DNA from: Blasia pusilla | Lineage: Eukaryota | Direction of reading: 5' to 3' | NCBI GenBank assembly: GCA_050084515.1 | Contig: CM114271.1 | Span: 21,390,001 to 21,454,000, forward strand | DNA length: 64,000 bases | Made by a program: the position numbers and the translations under genes | Notes under the pieces: generated by a model | Databases searched by the model: none | Told to the model about the DNA's origin: nothing | The model's input: the letters and a program-made list of their open reading frames with translations, nothing else | Part shown: piece by piece, positions 53,098 to 64,000 of the stretch | Layout: every line of letters starts with the position of its first letter | Numbering within the stretch: position 1 is the stretch's first letter

Positions 53098-55300
53098 ATG
53101 GCCACATCCGATATGCTTGCAAGTGGTAGCTCTTTAACAAGGAGGATATTATCCATGAACAAGATTTTTGTTCAAAATGATATTCCTCCGGGACTTATCA
53201 CAGCCAACGAGCTTTCTTGGGATGACGATCATGTAGTATACATACCTTGGGAAAGATTACATGATTTCATTCTTGGCGAGAGGCATGGCGATGGAAGAAA
53301 CCCAACAACATTTTGGAAAGGAATGTCAAGATTGGGCAAGGGCTGCTCCAAAGACATGGATGGAGGGGGTCCATTGTACAAAATATACTATTGTGCGTGT
53401 GGCCCAACTGATCCGCGCCAAATGCATCAAGAGATTGTGCATATGTGCCCACTATCTTCTCCTATCCATTCACATATTTCAAACTTTGATTATTCAGGAG
53501 AGTGGATGACCATTAAGTTAGGAATGGTTAAGTGTGTTAATTTCACATCAGCTCCTTTTGTTGTTTTTACAGGTCTGCTGTCCCCAAAAGTGAAAGAGGT
53601 AGTAGGCCGCGAGGAAAAATTATAAGTAGAGGCGATAGTTGCAAATGTGGGTGTCAATGTCATTTTATAGTCCTTGAAATCAACACTTCTCCGCACGTTG
53701 CGAAGATCACCTACAAAAATAGAGCTCACGTGGATAAAGCCAATAAGCCATGCCATGGAAAGGATGACGAAGCATGCATAGATACACTGAAGATGTTTGA
53801 TCCTAGGATTTCAGATGATCTGAAGAATTATGTAAAAGAGAGGCTTTGCTTGGGGTTCAGCCCCACCAGATCCAAGCCGAGCATTTAAAGATGTTGAAAG
53901 AGTACTTGTTGACGGATCCCAACTTTGAGGAGAGTTTGACCCGAGATGACTTCATGCAAATGCATGGCATAAAAAACATAAAAAACAATTCAATCAGGAG
54001 ACATTTCTATATGCTAGGAGCAAGAACGAGTCCTTGAGCTTGTTTGTTGAGTATTCTTATGAGAAGGTGTTCATTTATGAGCCTTATATGGATGAGACAC
54101 GTCCATTCATTTTGGGATTTCAAAGCCAATGGCGGCTAAATGCTCTTGTAAAGTATGGACATGGCATCGCCTTGAGCATGGATAGCACATTTGGCACAAA
54201 TCGCAGTAGGGTACTTGCTCATACTTATTTTGTTGAAGAGATATTTCATGTGAAGTGAGTTTTCTTATTAGTTTCATTCATGTTTTGATGATTCCATATA
54301 AAGATGGTACTAACACTTGTATTGATGTTTTGTAGTTTCCCCTAATATACTTTGCTGGTGTTTGATAATCACCACTCAGAGATACCCGTGGCCTAGGTTC
54401 TCACATCTATTACAAAGGAAGTGTATTTGGGAAAGTGGTTGAAAGCTATCTTGGATAAATGTAGAGTCATCCAACCAAATTGGGAACCAAATGCGATCAT
54501 TGTTGACGACGCTTTGGTAGAGAAGAATGCATTATGGTGAGAATAAATTCCTCTGTATTCATTAATGACAATTGGCATGATGGGTTAACAGTAGATTTGG
54601 ATAGGAAAATCTCCTCACATTTTTTCTCACGGTGGAGGAAACCATTCCACCGTTGTAGAAATCATTTCCACCAACATACGTGCAAATCAAGACACGAATG
54701 TGGCAATTGAGAACTATCATGAAAGCATGAAGGCTATCCTACATGATGATCATAAAACATTATCATAGAGAAGAGGGGACTACCTAGTTTGGAAACTCAT
54801 CAATGACATTGAGGCATGGCATCCACTTGTTGAAAAGGAGAGGATTTGTGACAAATGCGACACATGAAAAATATGTAAACAACGCTATTTTGAGAGTTTC
54901 TGGAAGTTATGTAGATATCATACGCACTAGGGGGGAGGTGAGTATGGCAAGAGTTAGGAGTCAGACATTGGAGAATAAATGGTATGAAGTCTACAACTAC
55001 GATATAGATTGGGGTCATTGTGATTGTCCATGGTCTCTGAAGGGGAACATTTGCAAGCATATTGTAAGGGCCTCTTACATTCTTGTATTCTCATTCTTTT
55101 CAAAGTGAATTGAACATATTACTTTACATATGTACTGAAAATTTTATTATATTATACTGAGTTTTTTTTTTAATACGCTATACAGATTGCTGCCTTATTG
55201 AAGGAAAATTACAATGAAGCAGATTTGGTGAAGATTCTTGGAACAAGGTTAGGAACAAGACAGGGCGGGATGGCTCATCTCAAGCTCATAACACAACAAT
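53098..55300 (+). pseudogene. MULE-type DDE transposase with SWIM zinc finger, intron-containing and decayed
   Basis: YIPWERL, SMDSTFGTN, TLLVFD..IPVA, AIIVDDA, TNVAIENYH and SWIM CDCPWSLKGNICKH. Stops and frameshifts. Confidence 0.85.
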
Positions 55301-55404
55301 CAAATGAGGAATTGGAGAATGATCCATACCAAGCTGAGATATTTGACATGCAAGCAAATGGAGGTAAATAACAATAGTGAACATCGGGTGATGTATACTA
55401 GGTG

Positions 55405-55660
55405 GATCAGGTCATGTCTACTTCTAGGACCACGTTATGTAAACTTCAGGGATCAAGGCATATCTACTTCTAGGACCAGGTCATGTATACGTCAAGGATC
55501 AGGTCATGTATACTTCTATGACCAGGTCATGTATACTTCTATGACCAGGTCATGTATACGTCAAGGATCAGGTCATGTATACTTCTAGGACCAGGTCATG
55601 TATACTTCAAGGATCAGGTCATGTATACTTTTACAAGCAGGTCATGAATACTTCCAAGAT
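55405..55660. repeat. 23-bp minisatellite (CAGGTCATGTATACTTCTAGGAC), ~11 copies
   Basis: CAGGTCATG recurs at 23-bp intervals from 55477 to 55638, with decayed copies upstream. Confidence 0.92.
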
Positions 55661-58600
55661 CATAAAAATGTTCATATTTCAACATGGCATTTGATAGGAG
55701 TGGTGGCTACTTCTAAGCTAATTTTTTTCCATCTTTGGTGTTGGCATCATAGACACCATTCCACCAGGATGTCGATTATCATCGGACTCTGCAAACCCTG
55801 TAACAAACTCCAGTATTGAGGAAATTGACAACTTGTTCTCACGTATATGACTTTTCTGTGTTGAAAATGCTCGGCTTCTTATTTTAATTGCAAGGGCTCT
55901 CAAGGAGCTGAGCGGAAGGATCGAGTCTACAAACATAGCAGCTAAAAATGGGTTGACACCTCAACCAGGTAATCTATTCTCCAGTTTTCAAGACAGATTC
56001 CTGAACAATAATTCCATTACACGAGTTCAATCAAACATTGAACGTTGGTCCCGACGTAGAAGAAGATCTACATGATCCATGATAGACCAGAATGATAGGC
56101 AAAACCCAAACAACTCATTCACGAACCTACCTTTATTCCCTAGAGCAAAGTCCAGAAAGACAAAGTTGGCCCCACAAGCCCAACTTGATAGAGAAGCAGC
56201 CATTGCCTCATCAACATGTACAAATACGTAGTGAAAGTGGAGTAGGCACCAAGAATTTTGAAAATCACATGACTTCCTATCCTTTTAGGAAGTAATGGAT
56301 GAAATTTTGTCGTAGAATTTTCATGTACATTTTGGAGTTGGGACATGATGGAGCTTGGGAATTGTATTTATTATATTATTTTTTGTATTTTGTTCAATAT
56401 GAAGTATGACTTCTTCTAAATTTTTGAAAGTGAACTGCATGTGATGGACACCATTCCCCGATACACTAGAATGTTCTCAATATTTGTTTTTGTTCCTTGC
56501 ATATTTCTGAAGTTATCCATAATAAAATCTCTTATGTGTGAGAACCACATGTGATCTTAATCCAGGATACGATTCTTAGATTACCATTGGATGTGAATGT
56601 CATCTTCCATTTAGAACTATCTCATGGAACTTCACCATTTTTTGTTCCTTCCTTTGTGGATTTTAAGCTACTCTAAAACCACATGTTGTGTGTGGTGAAC
56701 ACGATGCCAAAAATCCTGAAAATCATTCAAAACAATGCACATGGCATGGATTCCAATCCCGAATTACCTTTCGGTAGTGGGCAGTACTCCACTTCTTGAG
56801 GACACCATTCCACTTGATCCTTGAGGGATTACAACAGGGATTCCATATGCAATGAAATTGATTCTCAGGTTACCGATACAAAAAGAAAATGATCCAACCA
56901 CACTGATACAAGTGCAACAACATTTCTATTTATGTATGTTCAATAATAAATGGCGTGAAGTTGTAAAGATAATAAGGTTTTTCGGGCCTTGGAGCCAACT
57001 GCTGCTGCTTCATAAAAGCTACCGACCAATAGGAGCGGAGTAGAGTAGCAACGTTAACAGGAATCATAGGCTGTGGAAAGGACTCTAACCAAGATAAGGA
57101 ATGTGGAATGGTTGTTGTAGGATTAATGTAGAACGCATTCCGCTTGAATGTGAGGCAAACAAAAATCCTGGCCGAAAAGATGAGGACGCAAATAGAAGCG
57201 GATAGTAGGCGCGCTGCGGCGTTGGAAAATCTATACCAAAAAAATCAATGTGGGGGACTGTGGGCGTTTCTATCTCCACATACACTAATTTTCATTCTTG
57301 CTGGACGGTGTCATGCATATGAAGAACCTGCAACAATAAAGGGCTCGTAGATGCAAGGAAGAAATATGGTCAGTACATATTCTTCCATCAGAAGCTAATA
57401 TTCATTATTGTTGAAAAATACGGTACGAAGCATGAAAAATGCTCCTGAAGAACGGGCGTTAAAGCCATAATTGTTGCCCATGTCCGGGGCCTCAAATTTG
57501 GCGTGTGGGGAGGGGATGATACTCTCCACTGCAGCGGGAGACTGAGGTCTGTCGACGCGATGGCGGTTCAATTTGGAATCGATTGAGCTCATCGACATCT
57601 GCATTGGAGAGAATGGATAGGGAGTGCCAGCGTGGGCCATTGCAATCTCTTTTGATTCAAACAGACGACGTGAATCGCCTCCGTGTGGGTTTCGGAGCTG
57701 CAATGCAAATCCGCTGCAAGCAAGGGTGCGGAAGCACATCAAAACATCGGCATCCGCACAAAGGTGCACATCAAGGCAAAAGATCCAATCTGTCCAAAGG
57801 TGCGGAAACACACCGAAACAAAAAAATCTGAGCAGAATCAGAACTACATCACCTGAGCAAACAAGGACAACAGCAGAACCCCAATGGAGCAGCTTTGTAT
57901 GATGGTGAGCTACCAGAATCGAGCAGCGACAGGACAATCATAGCACATAGTGGCGGGGCGGCATGACAAGCAGAAATGAGGTCGCCATGAAATGCCTTGT
58001 CCGAGAACTTTTAAAACCTCCGAAATTTGAATTTTGGCACACATGATGATGGAGGCCAGGGCATGATCCAACCATGGTGGATGCATTCCGTAGTCATGAC
58101 CATGGTAATGACGGAGTTGGGTTCGCTTGGGGATCCCCGTCCGGATATCGGAGGCCGGAGCAAGCGCTTACATTTTTCGTGTAGCCTAAACCCGCTCAAG
58201 CTAACCCAAGCGGGGGCACCCGTCCGTGTAGGGCGACCGGGCTTGCATTCAATGCCACGGGCTTTGGCTCTAACGCCCAGCAGTATTATGACCCATAAGG
58301 ACACATAAAATAAAATTTAGGACAACGGATTTACCAATCGTCAACACGTGAAGGTCCTGCCCGCCGTTCGATTTTCACATGAGAAGACTCGCTCGGAGGT
58401 ACCCGAGGAGCCGGACACGTACGCCTCGATCGAGAACCGAGATTCAATCCGATTCGACCATTTGTCCACCTGATCGCAGACGTAATAGCAATGACCCTAA
58501 CGCCTTCAGCCCAGAATATTCAAACGTGAACGAGGAGACCGACAGAACAGGCCCGCATGACGACAAGTCGTCCGTCCGTCCGTCCGTCCGCCCGCCCTGC

Positions 58601-59649
58601 CCCTCCCTCTTCTTCGCTTTGCATGGGATGGGCAGGCGGCGCCGGCAGCGTCCGCCGTGTGTATACATAGGACGGCCGCCCTCCACCTCCCCCACGCTGG
58701 CGACGGAGAGAAGAGCGCAAGCGGGAGACCGAGGGAGGCCGCCGGGCCGGGACGCGGCTAAATCCGGGATGGCGACACGTGCCTGAGCGAGAAGCGGGAG
58801 AGGCTGCGTTGAGGCGCGGCTAAATCCGGATGAAGACACGCGCCTGATAGAAGAGCACTACAGGACCGAGCACATACGGGGGATTGTGGCTTTGGAAGCC
58901 ACGACGTTCGTCAGAGGCCTGAGGCAGTTGGAGATGGATAGAGAGTGAGACTGTGAGAGAGCGAGGTAGAGGGCAATTGAATTGCTGCTCTCCAGCGATC
59001 ATAACTGCTCCGTTGGCTCTTGTGGTGTCTGTCGATCGAGGATAGTGGGAGGACACACATTCGGCGTTTTGTTTAAGAACGCGGGGGTTCGCGGGGAATC
59101 GAATCCATCGAAGTGCAGCCTGGGAGATTGGTAACCGCGAGCGACGAATCTCGAGTTCGACGGACGGTGTCAAAGCGAGATCTGCTGCTGTTGTAGAGGT
59201 GCTGTGTACGATCGAGGACTCCTGCCGTTTGAGAGAAGACGAGACGGTGTGCGCGGCGGACGGAACTGCAGTCTGTGGCAGAGAAAGTTGCGCCTTCCGT
59301 GTGGGAGAAATATCGGCACCGGCGTTGATTGGAGATTCGGGAGATCGATCCGGAGGAGTATTTGGCCGGCTGAACGCAAGCGGCGGCGCTTCGTTCTCGC
59401 TTTCTGTGAGCGGTTCGTTGCTGCCTCATGATTGATGACCACGACGACTGCTCTACATTTTAAGGAGAAAAGGATGCTTTTGAGATTCGCGTGACATAGA
59501 CACGAGCGGATAGCGGCGTTCACTTCAATTGAGTGATGGCGGACTAGTGCTCAAGGTTGCCTAGAGGGTCGAGACGTTGACATGCATTGAGACATTTGGA
59601 CTCAACGTTTAAATTATTGAGTGAGAGAAAGGTGGAGAGTGTTCATAAG

Positions 59650-62600
59650 ATGAAAGGACCAATGCCGGGGTGCCCGGTCCATGAAGAATGTTTGGAGTGG
59701 GTCCACAAGTACCTCAAAGATTGTGTGTGCAGCTTTCGGGACGAAGTTTCTCTTGTCCTCGGACTCATCAGTGTCTTCAGCTGGGGTGTGGCCGAAGTTC
59801 CCCAAATTCTGACAAATTTCAAGGAGAAGTCTACGGAGGGCGTATCGCTTGCATTTTTAATGACTTGGGTTGTTGGGTGAGTGACCTAAACCAACCGATT
59901 CTCACAGCAGAATCGAGAATTTGCAGTGCTGGAACTTTAAATCTGGTTCTTCTTTCTTAGAGGCGGAGCTGAGTTTATCAGCTTTTAATCTTGGGAACAA
60001 GGACTTGACGCATTCGTTTTGAATTTGTATGTGGTCCCCTGGATTTATGCAAATTCTGTTCATTAGAGAGATCCAGAGCAAGAATCATTGACTGTTGCTA
60101 GAAAATTCGACTACGAGAACTAGTTTTCATCCCTGCGAGAACCATCAAAATCTGTACCCTTCACGATCTGTAATCCGTGCTTTTTGGCTTCGGAAACGGT
60201 TTTATTTATTTATATTTTTTAAATGCAGGGATGTTTTCAATCTTGCCGGTTGCTACCTCGAGCCCGCCACTGTAAGTCACACAAATCACAGTCATCACAT
60301 AAAAATATACGGTGCTGTTTGGAGTCACAGCCCCGGTACTCTTTCAGAAGCATTTTTTGGTTCTTTTATCCAAAATTCGAAATAGAAGCATATGCGGGTT
60401 CTTTGAATTCGAAATTATTAACATATGTGGTTGGTCTTGCAATTTGTGGGCCACAGCTACCAACGCAATTTTACATGGCCGCGGTAATCGTCTCTCCCAA
60501 GATTATGCAGTTTCTGTACACGTACCGCATGCAAATACTTCTGAGAGGGTCAAAATCTTGCTTAAATTCAAATGTCAGATTTTCCTCTGCACGCGAGGGT
60601 TATTTGTGAACCTACCAATATCACACAAGTCTAGGGGTTTGCATCGATGCTTGTGATCAGTTTTGATTTTAACATTAGAATCATCGATGAGTAGGATTTA
60701 GGGCTTGGAGCTCGAATTTGCCAATTAAAACCACAGGTGATTCACCCGTTTCTGAACGTGATTGGTGCAGCTCTACACATTGACCACGGTTATCCTGGTC
60801 CTTCAGACGATATTCTACGATTATATTTACATACGGTATCAACCTGGAGAAGCTGCATACGAGCCCATAGAAGCTATCAAAACGGTACTTGTCGACGCGT
60901 GTACTACGATTCTTAAGATTCGAAATCTTGGATGTAACTCATTGACAGGATTACAGTAGTGATGGGATATGAATATCTGTTGTATACTTGACAGCACGTC
61001 CCATCATCTCGGAATGCCTGAAGTAAAGCATTACGCGAGGTATTCGCAAGTGGACGGAAGCAGTCGATGAAGGACAACGTCTGATCGTTAACATTAGTGA
61101 CAGTCGTTCATCATTAATTTTTAATAACAAAGTCGCTTGCTCTTTACTGTTTTACAGGAAACACCGAAGGTTCATGTACAAGGGCAGAAACGCGCACCGA
61201 CAATTTCAACACCTTTGTTGTCTCCGTCCTCAAGCCCGCCTACCTCCGTCATCAACGTACCCTCCTCTCGCAGAGGATCCAGCAAAGATCTGTACTACAC
61301 GTACGGTTCCGTTCCTGGATCATTGCTTCTACATGCGGGCCATTTAATACCTGTCACATAAGACACATGACTTCTTCGGGTCATTTGTGTGGAATGAAGT
61401 TCCAGTCGTCGATCGTCGACAGCCTTCTAACAAAACTGCAGAAAGTATCACAGTAGGTGGCCTGTGTTTATGGGAAGTACCACTACACCTTCTGCAACTT
61501 TGATTCTCATCTATTGCTGGGATCATTTTCAGGTCTGCGAGGTCGCTTGCTAGCAGTCACACTCCAATGCGTGGCTCTTACCTGGTAGGGTCTCGGGACC
61601 GCGATTCAGGCGGCCATCCATCCAGCTTCTTACGTTCCAGTGAGGCCGGGCACGAATCTACATCTTCCCCCCAGCAGGAAAGTCATAATGGTCGTCTTAG
61701 TCAAGAACCTCATTCTCAAGAAAGTCCAGCCGGATCTCTATTGCGAACGGTGAGCATTCATATACTAGTGCAAATTGTTTCATTGTCATCCCATTCATTC
61801 AGACGTCGAGCGAGGCGATTGTGAAAAATTTACGCATCCATGCGTCTTGGAAATAACCTATCATCCCCTGTTCATATTTCGTCTCAATCTAAATTGGAAG
61901 CGTGCGATCGGCGTTCTTTATCTGCCTGTGAATATTCATCGCTTCCGTTGCACTCGACAGGCTGCTGCCAGTGTTCTACTCGTGGGGTCCGTTGGTTTGA
62001 GTTCTAGTATTCTCGGCGGTAGTAGGACTTCATCGTCTGGATATGTCGGTCGTCATCATTTTCTGCAGACTGGACGGAGGATGCTGCAGGTGAGTAATCA
62101 CAAGTTTATGCTGAAGAAGGTCAGTAAAATATAACCAGCGTTGCCGCATACTAGGTCAAATAATATTCCCTGCAGAGAACGAAATAGCCGGTCTGACAAT
62201 CAATTTATTTAGAGCTTGAAGCTACATTTTCGATGTGCGACGCCAACGTTGGCGTGAATTGAAGTTCATAAGGAATCTATGTAGAAGTCTATACTTAGTG
62301 TCACCCTACGGATACTAGAGTTACCGACGGGTGGAATAAAATAGAATTCTCCCTGTCGGACACGCTGGCAGTTCATGGCAAGGACACAATGTTTCTGAGG
62401 TGGTCTGCGAACCTGTTATCTCACCTTAATATAGACAACAGTGAATATTGGAACATGAGTCAGGCGAATTCTCCCGACGCGATCAAAAACGGGCACTCAC
62501 GAAAAATTTTGATTGATTTTTTGTTCCGGAATCCCGGTAATGTTTATCCAACAGATGAGCGGTTCTGGCAGCTTCCTCCCGATGCCAAGAAGGCCTTTTC

Positions 62601-63979
62601 TTGGAGAAATAGACGCTGAAGGTCCTTGGGGAGAGATATTCGGATGGTGCATGGCCGCCATTTACATGGGCGGAAGGTTTCCACAGATATGGCTAAACGT
62701 GAGAAGTGCATTGAATTTCGTCTTCTCATCAGATGCTTTCAGTCGAGTCTGTTAACAGTCTTACAGTTGTTCTTTGGGACTTGGAAGTGTCATGTATCTG
62801 ATAAGACTCAGATACAGGATAACCTAGATTATTAAATAATAATGAGGCGTACTCTCTTTTTGAAATAAGTACATTAACTTGCCTATGGTGCGTGTTGACG
62901 GGTATCTCTGCAGATTAAGCGAGGAACAGTTGAGGTGAGTAATATCTGAGCGATCCTAATAGTAAAAAACGTAGCAAATTCTACGGAATTTCTAAGTGAT
63001 CGAGAGAGTCTGGACTTCTGTACGTCGATTTTTTTTCTTAAACTATTACTCATAACTATCATTTCCGTAAAAATGGGAGGAAAAATCTTATGAGTTTGAG
63101 AGGTAGTATTTACGTGTAAAGCTCTGTATTTACGTCTAGTCCATCTTCATTCTGAAAAAGAGAATTGAGTGGTACAAGAATTGATTTTGTTCACTACTTA
63201 CGGTCATCAATTTGATCGACGTCGTTACCAATTTTCTGCAGGGTCTGAATCCACTGATGTTTTTCTTTGCACTCGTTGGCAACGCCACTTATGTTGGCAG
63301 GTGAATGTCCGTGCACAGCTCCCATTTTGATGCTAGATTTTGGATTGTAAGCAATGAAGATTACTCGAGGCATGGGTGGCAATACTAAAACCAAAACTCT
63401 AGATGACCTCTTGCTGGATTTGATATTGCAGTATCATCGTCAGGAGCACCGCCTGGACACAAATAAAGCCCAATATGCCTTGGCTGGTGGACGCTGCAGT
63501 GTGTGTCTGTCTGGACTTATTCGTATCCTTCAAAACAAATATTTTTTCCGTTTATGTTTGAAGTATGCTCACCCTTTCCCTGATGAAGTCATGTAGCAGA
63601 GGCAGTTATAAACATATTCATATGGATTATGTTATAATGAATCTCCAATTACGGTTCTTTATTAAGAATGCAGCTCGGCCCACAACCCTTGGATCTAGTC
63701 AGCATTCTCCAGAGTAAAATGATCAGTCTCGTATGCCGTAATAATTTAGTTTCAGTCTTATTAGTCGGGAAGTACTGACAGTTTTGTCGTCCTTCGCATG
63801 GGAGTGAATCAACCTTATTAGGTAATGACAGTGACTGATAGGTTGTGAACTTGAGTATCGACGATCGATGTATATTGTGCTGGCTACTCCTTGACACTCG
63901 GTAGATCTTGTGCCAGTTTGTGTACTATACCAGGAAAGCGTTGCAGGAGGACCAGGAGGAAGAGAAGGCTTTGAAGTAG
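59650..63979 (+). CDS. PQ-loop repeat vacuolar/lysosomal amino-acid transporter (PQLC2/YPQ-like), 12 coding exons, ~429 aa
   Basis: Exons 59650-59876, 60229-60271, 60457-60483, 60771-60884, 61158-61300, 61533-61749, 61961-62089, 62555-62698, 62914-62934, 63242-63300, 63432-63522 and 63905-63979. All introns are GT-AG and the exons sum to 1290 nt in frame. PQ motifs AEVPQILTNF and GRFPQIWLN, plus EGVS/EGLNP and the SARSLASSHTP linker. Confidence 0.95.
63523..63904 (+). other. U12-type (minor spliceosome) GT-AG intron
   Basis: 5' splice site GTATCCTTC; branch sequence TCCTTGAC at 63888-63895 with the branch A 10 nt from the 3' end; no long pyrimidine tract. Confidence 0.9.
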
Positions 63980-64000
63980 AGACGTAGGTCAGAAGATGAT

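Noticed and set aside
58180-58260. Telomerase RNA template-like CCTAAACCC
   Set aside because: The template is incomplete and no USE/TATA Pol III promoter or terminator is recognisable.
58379-59523. Several GC-rich ORFs upstream of the PQ-loop gene
   Set aside because: They are low-complexity overlapping frames typical of a GC-rich promoter or 5' UTR.

Overview
Eukaryotic, intron-containing land-plant DNA. A bryophyte or other early-diverging plant is likely, but this is inferred from TE families and gene style only. About 57 kb is a nested graveyard of transposable elements. It holds a 3'-truncated Ty3/gypsy element (5' LTR 5660-6690, tRNA-Met PBS, decayed gag-PR-RT-RH-IN) with two further copies of its LTR. 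It also holds a decayed zinc-finger + P-element/THAP9-like DDE transposase gene interrupted by a CRE-like RLE non-LTR fragment, three relics of a second gag-protease family, a decayed hAT element with a family of 8-bp-TSD MITEs, short Helitrons, and a BED/MULE-SWIM block. One intact host gene lies at the right end: a 12-exon PQ-loop (PQLC2/YPQ-type) transporter, 59650-63979, about 429 aa, whose last intron is U12-type. The most unusual features are a ~1-kb array of about 15 hairpin palindromes with flipped loops (3958-4987) and the P-like transposase. All coordinates and alignments were read by eye and no database searches were run.
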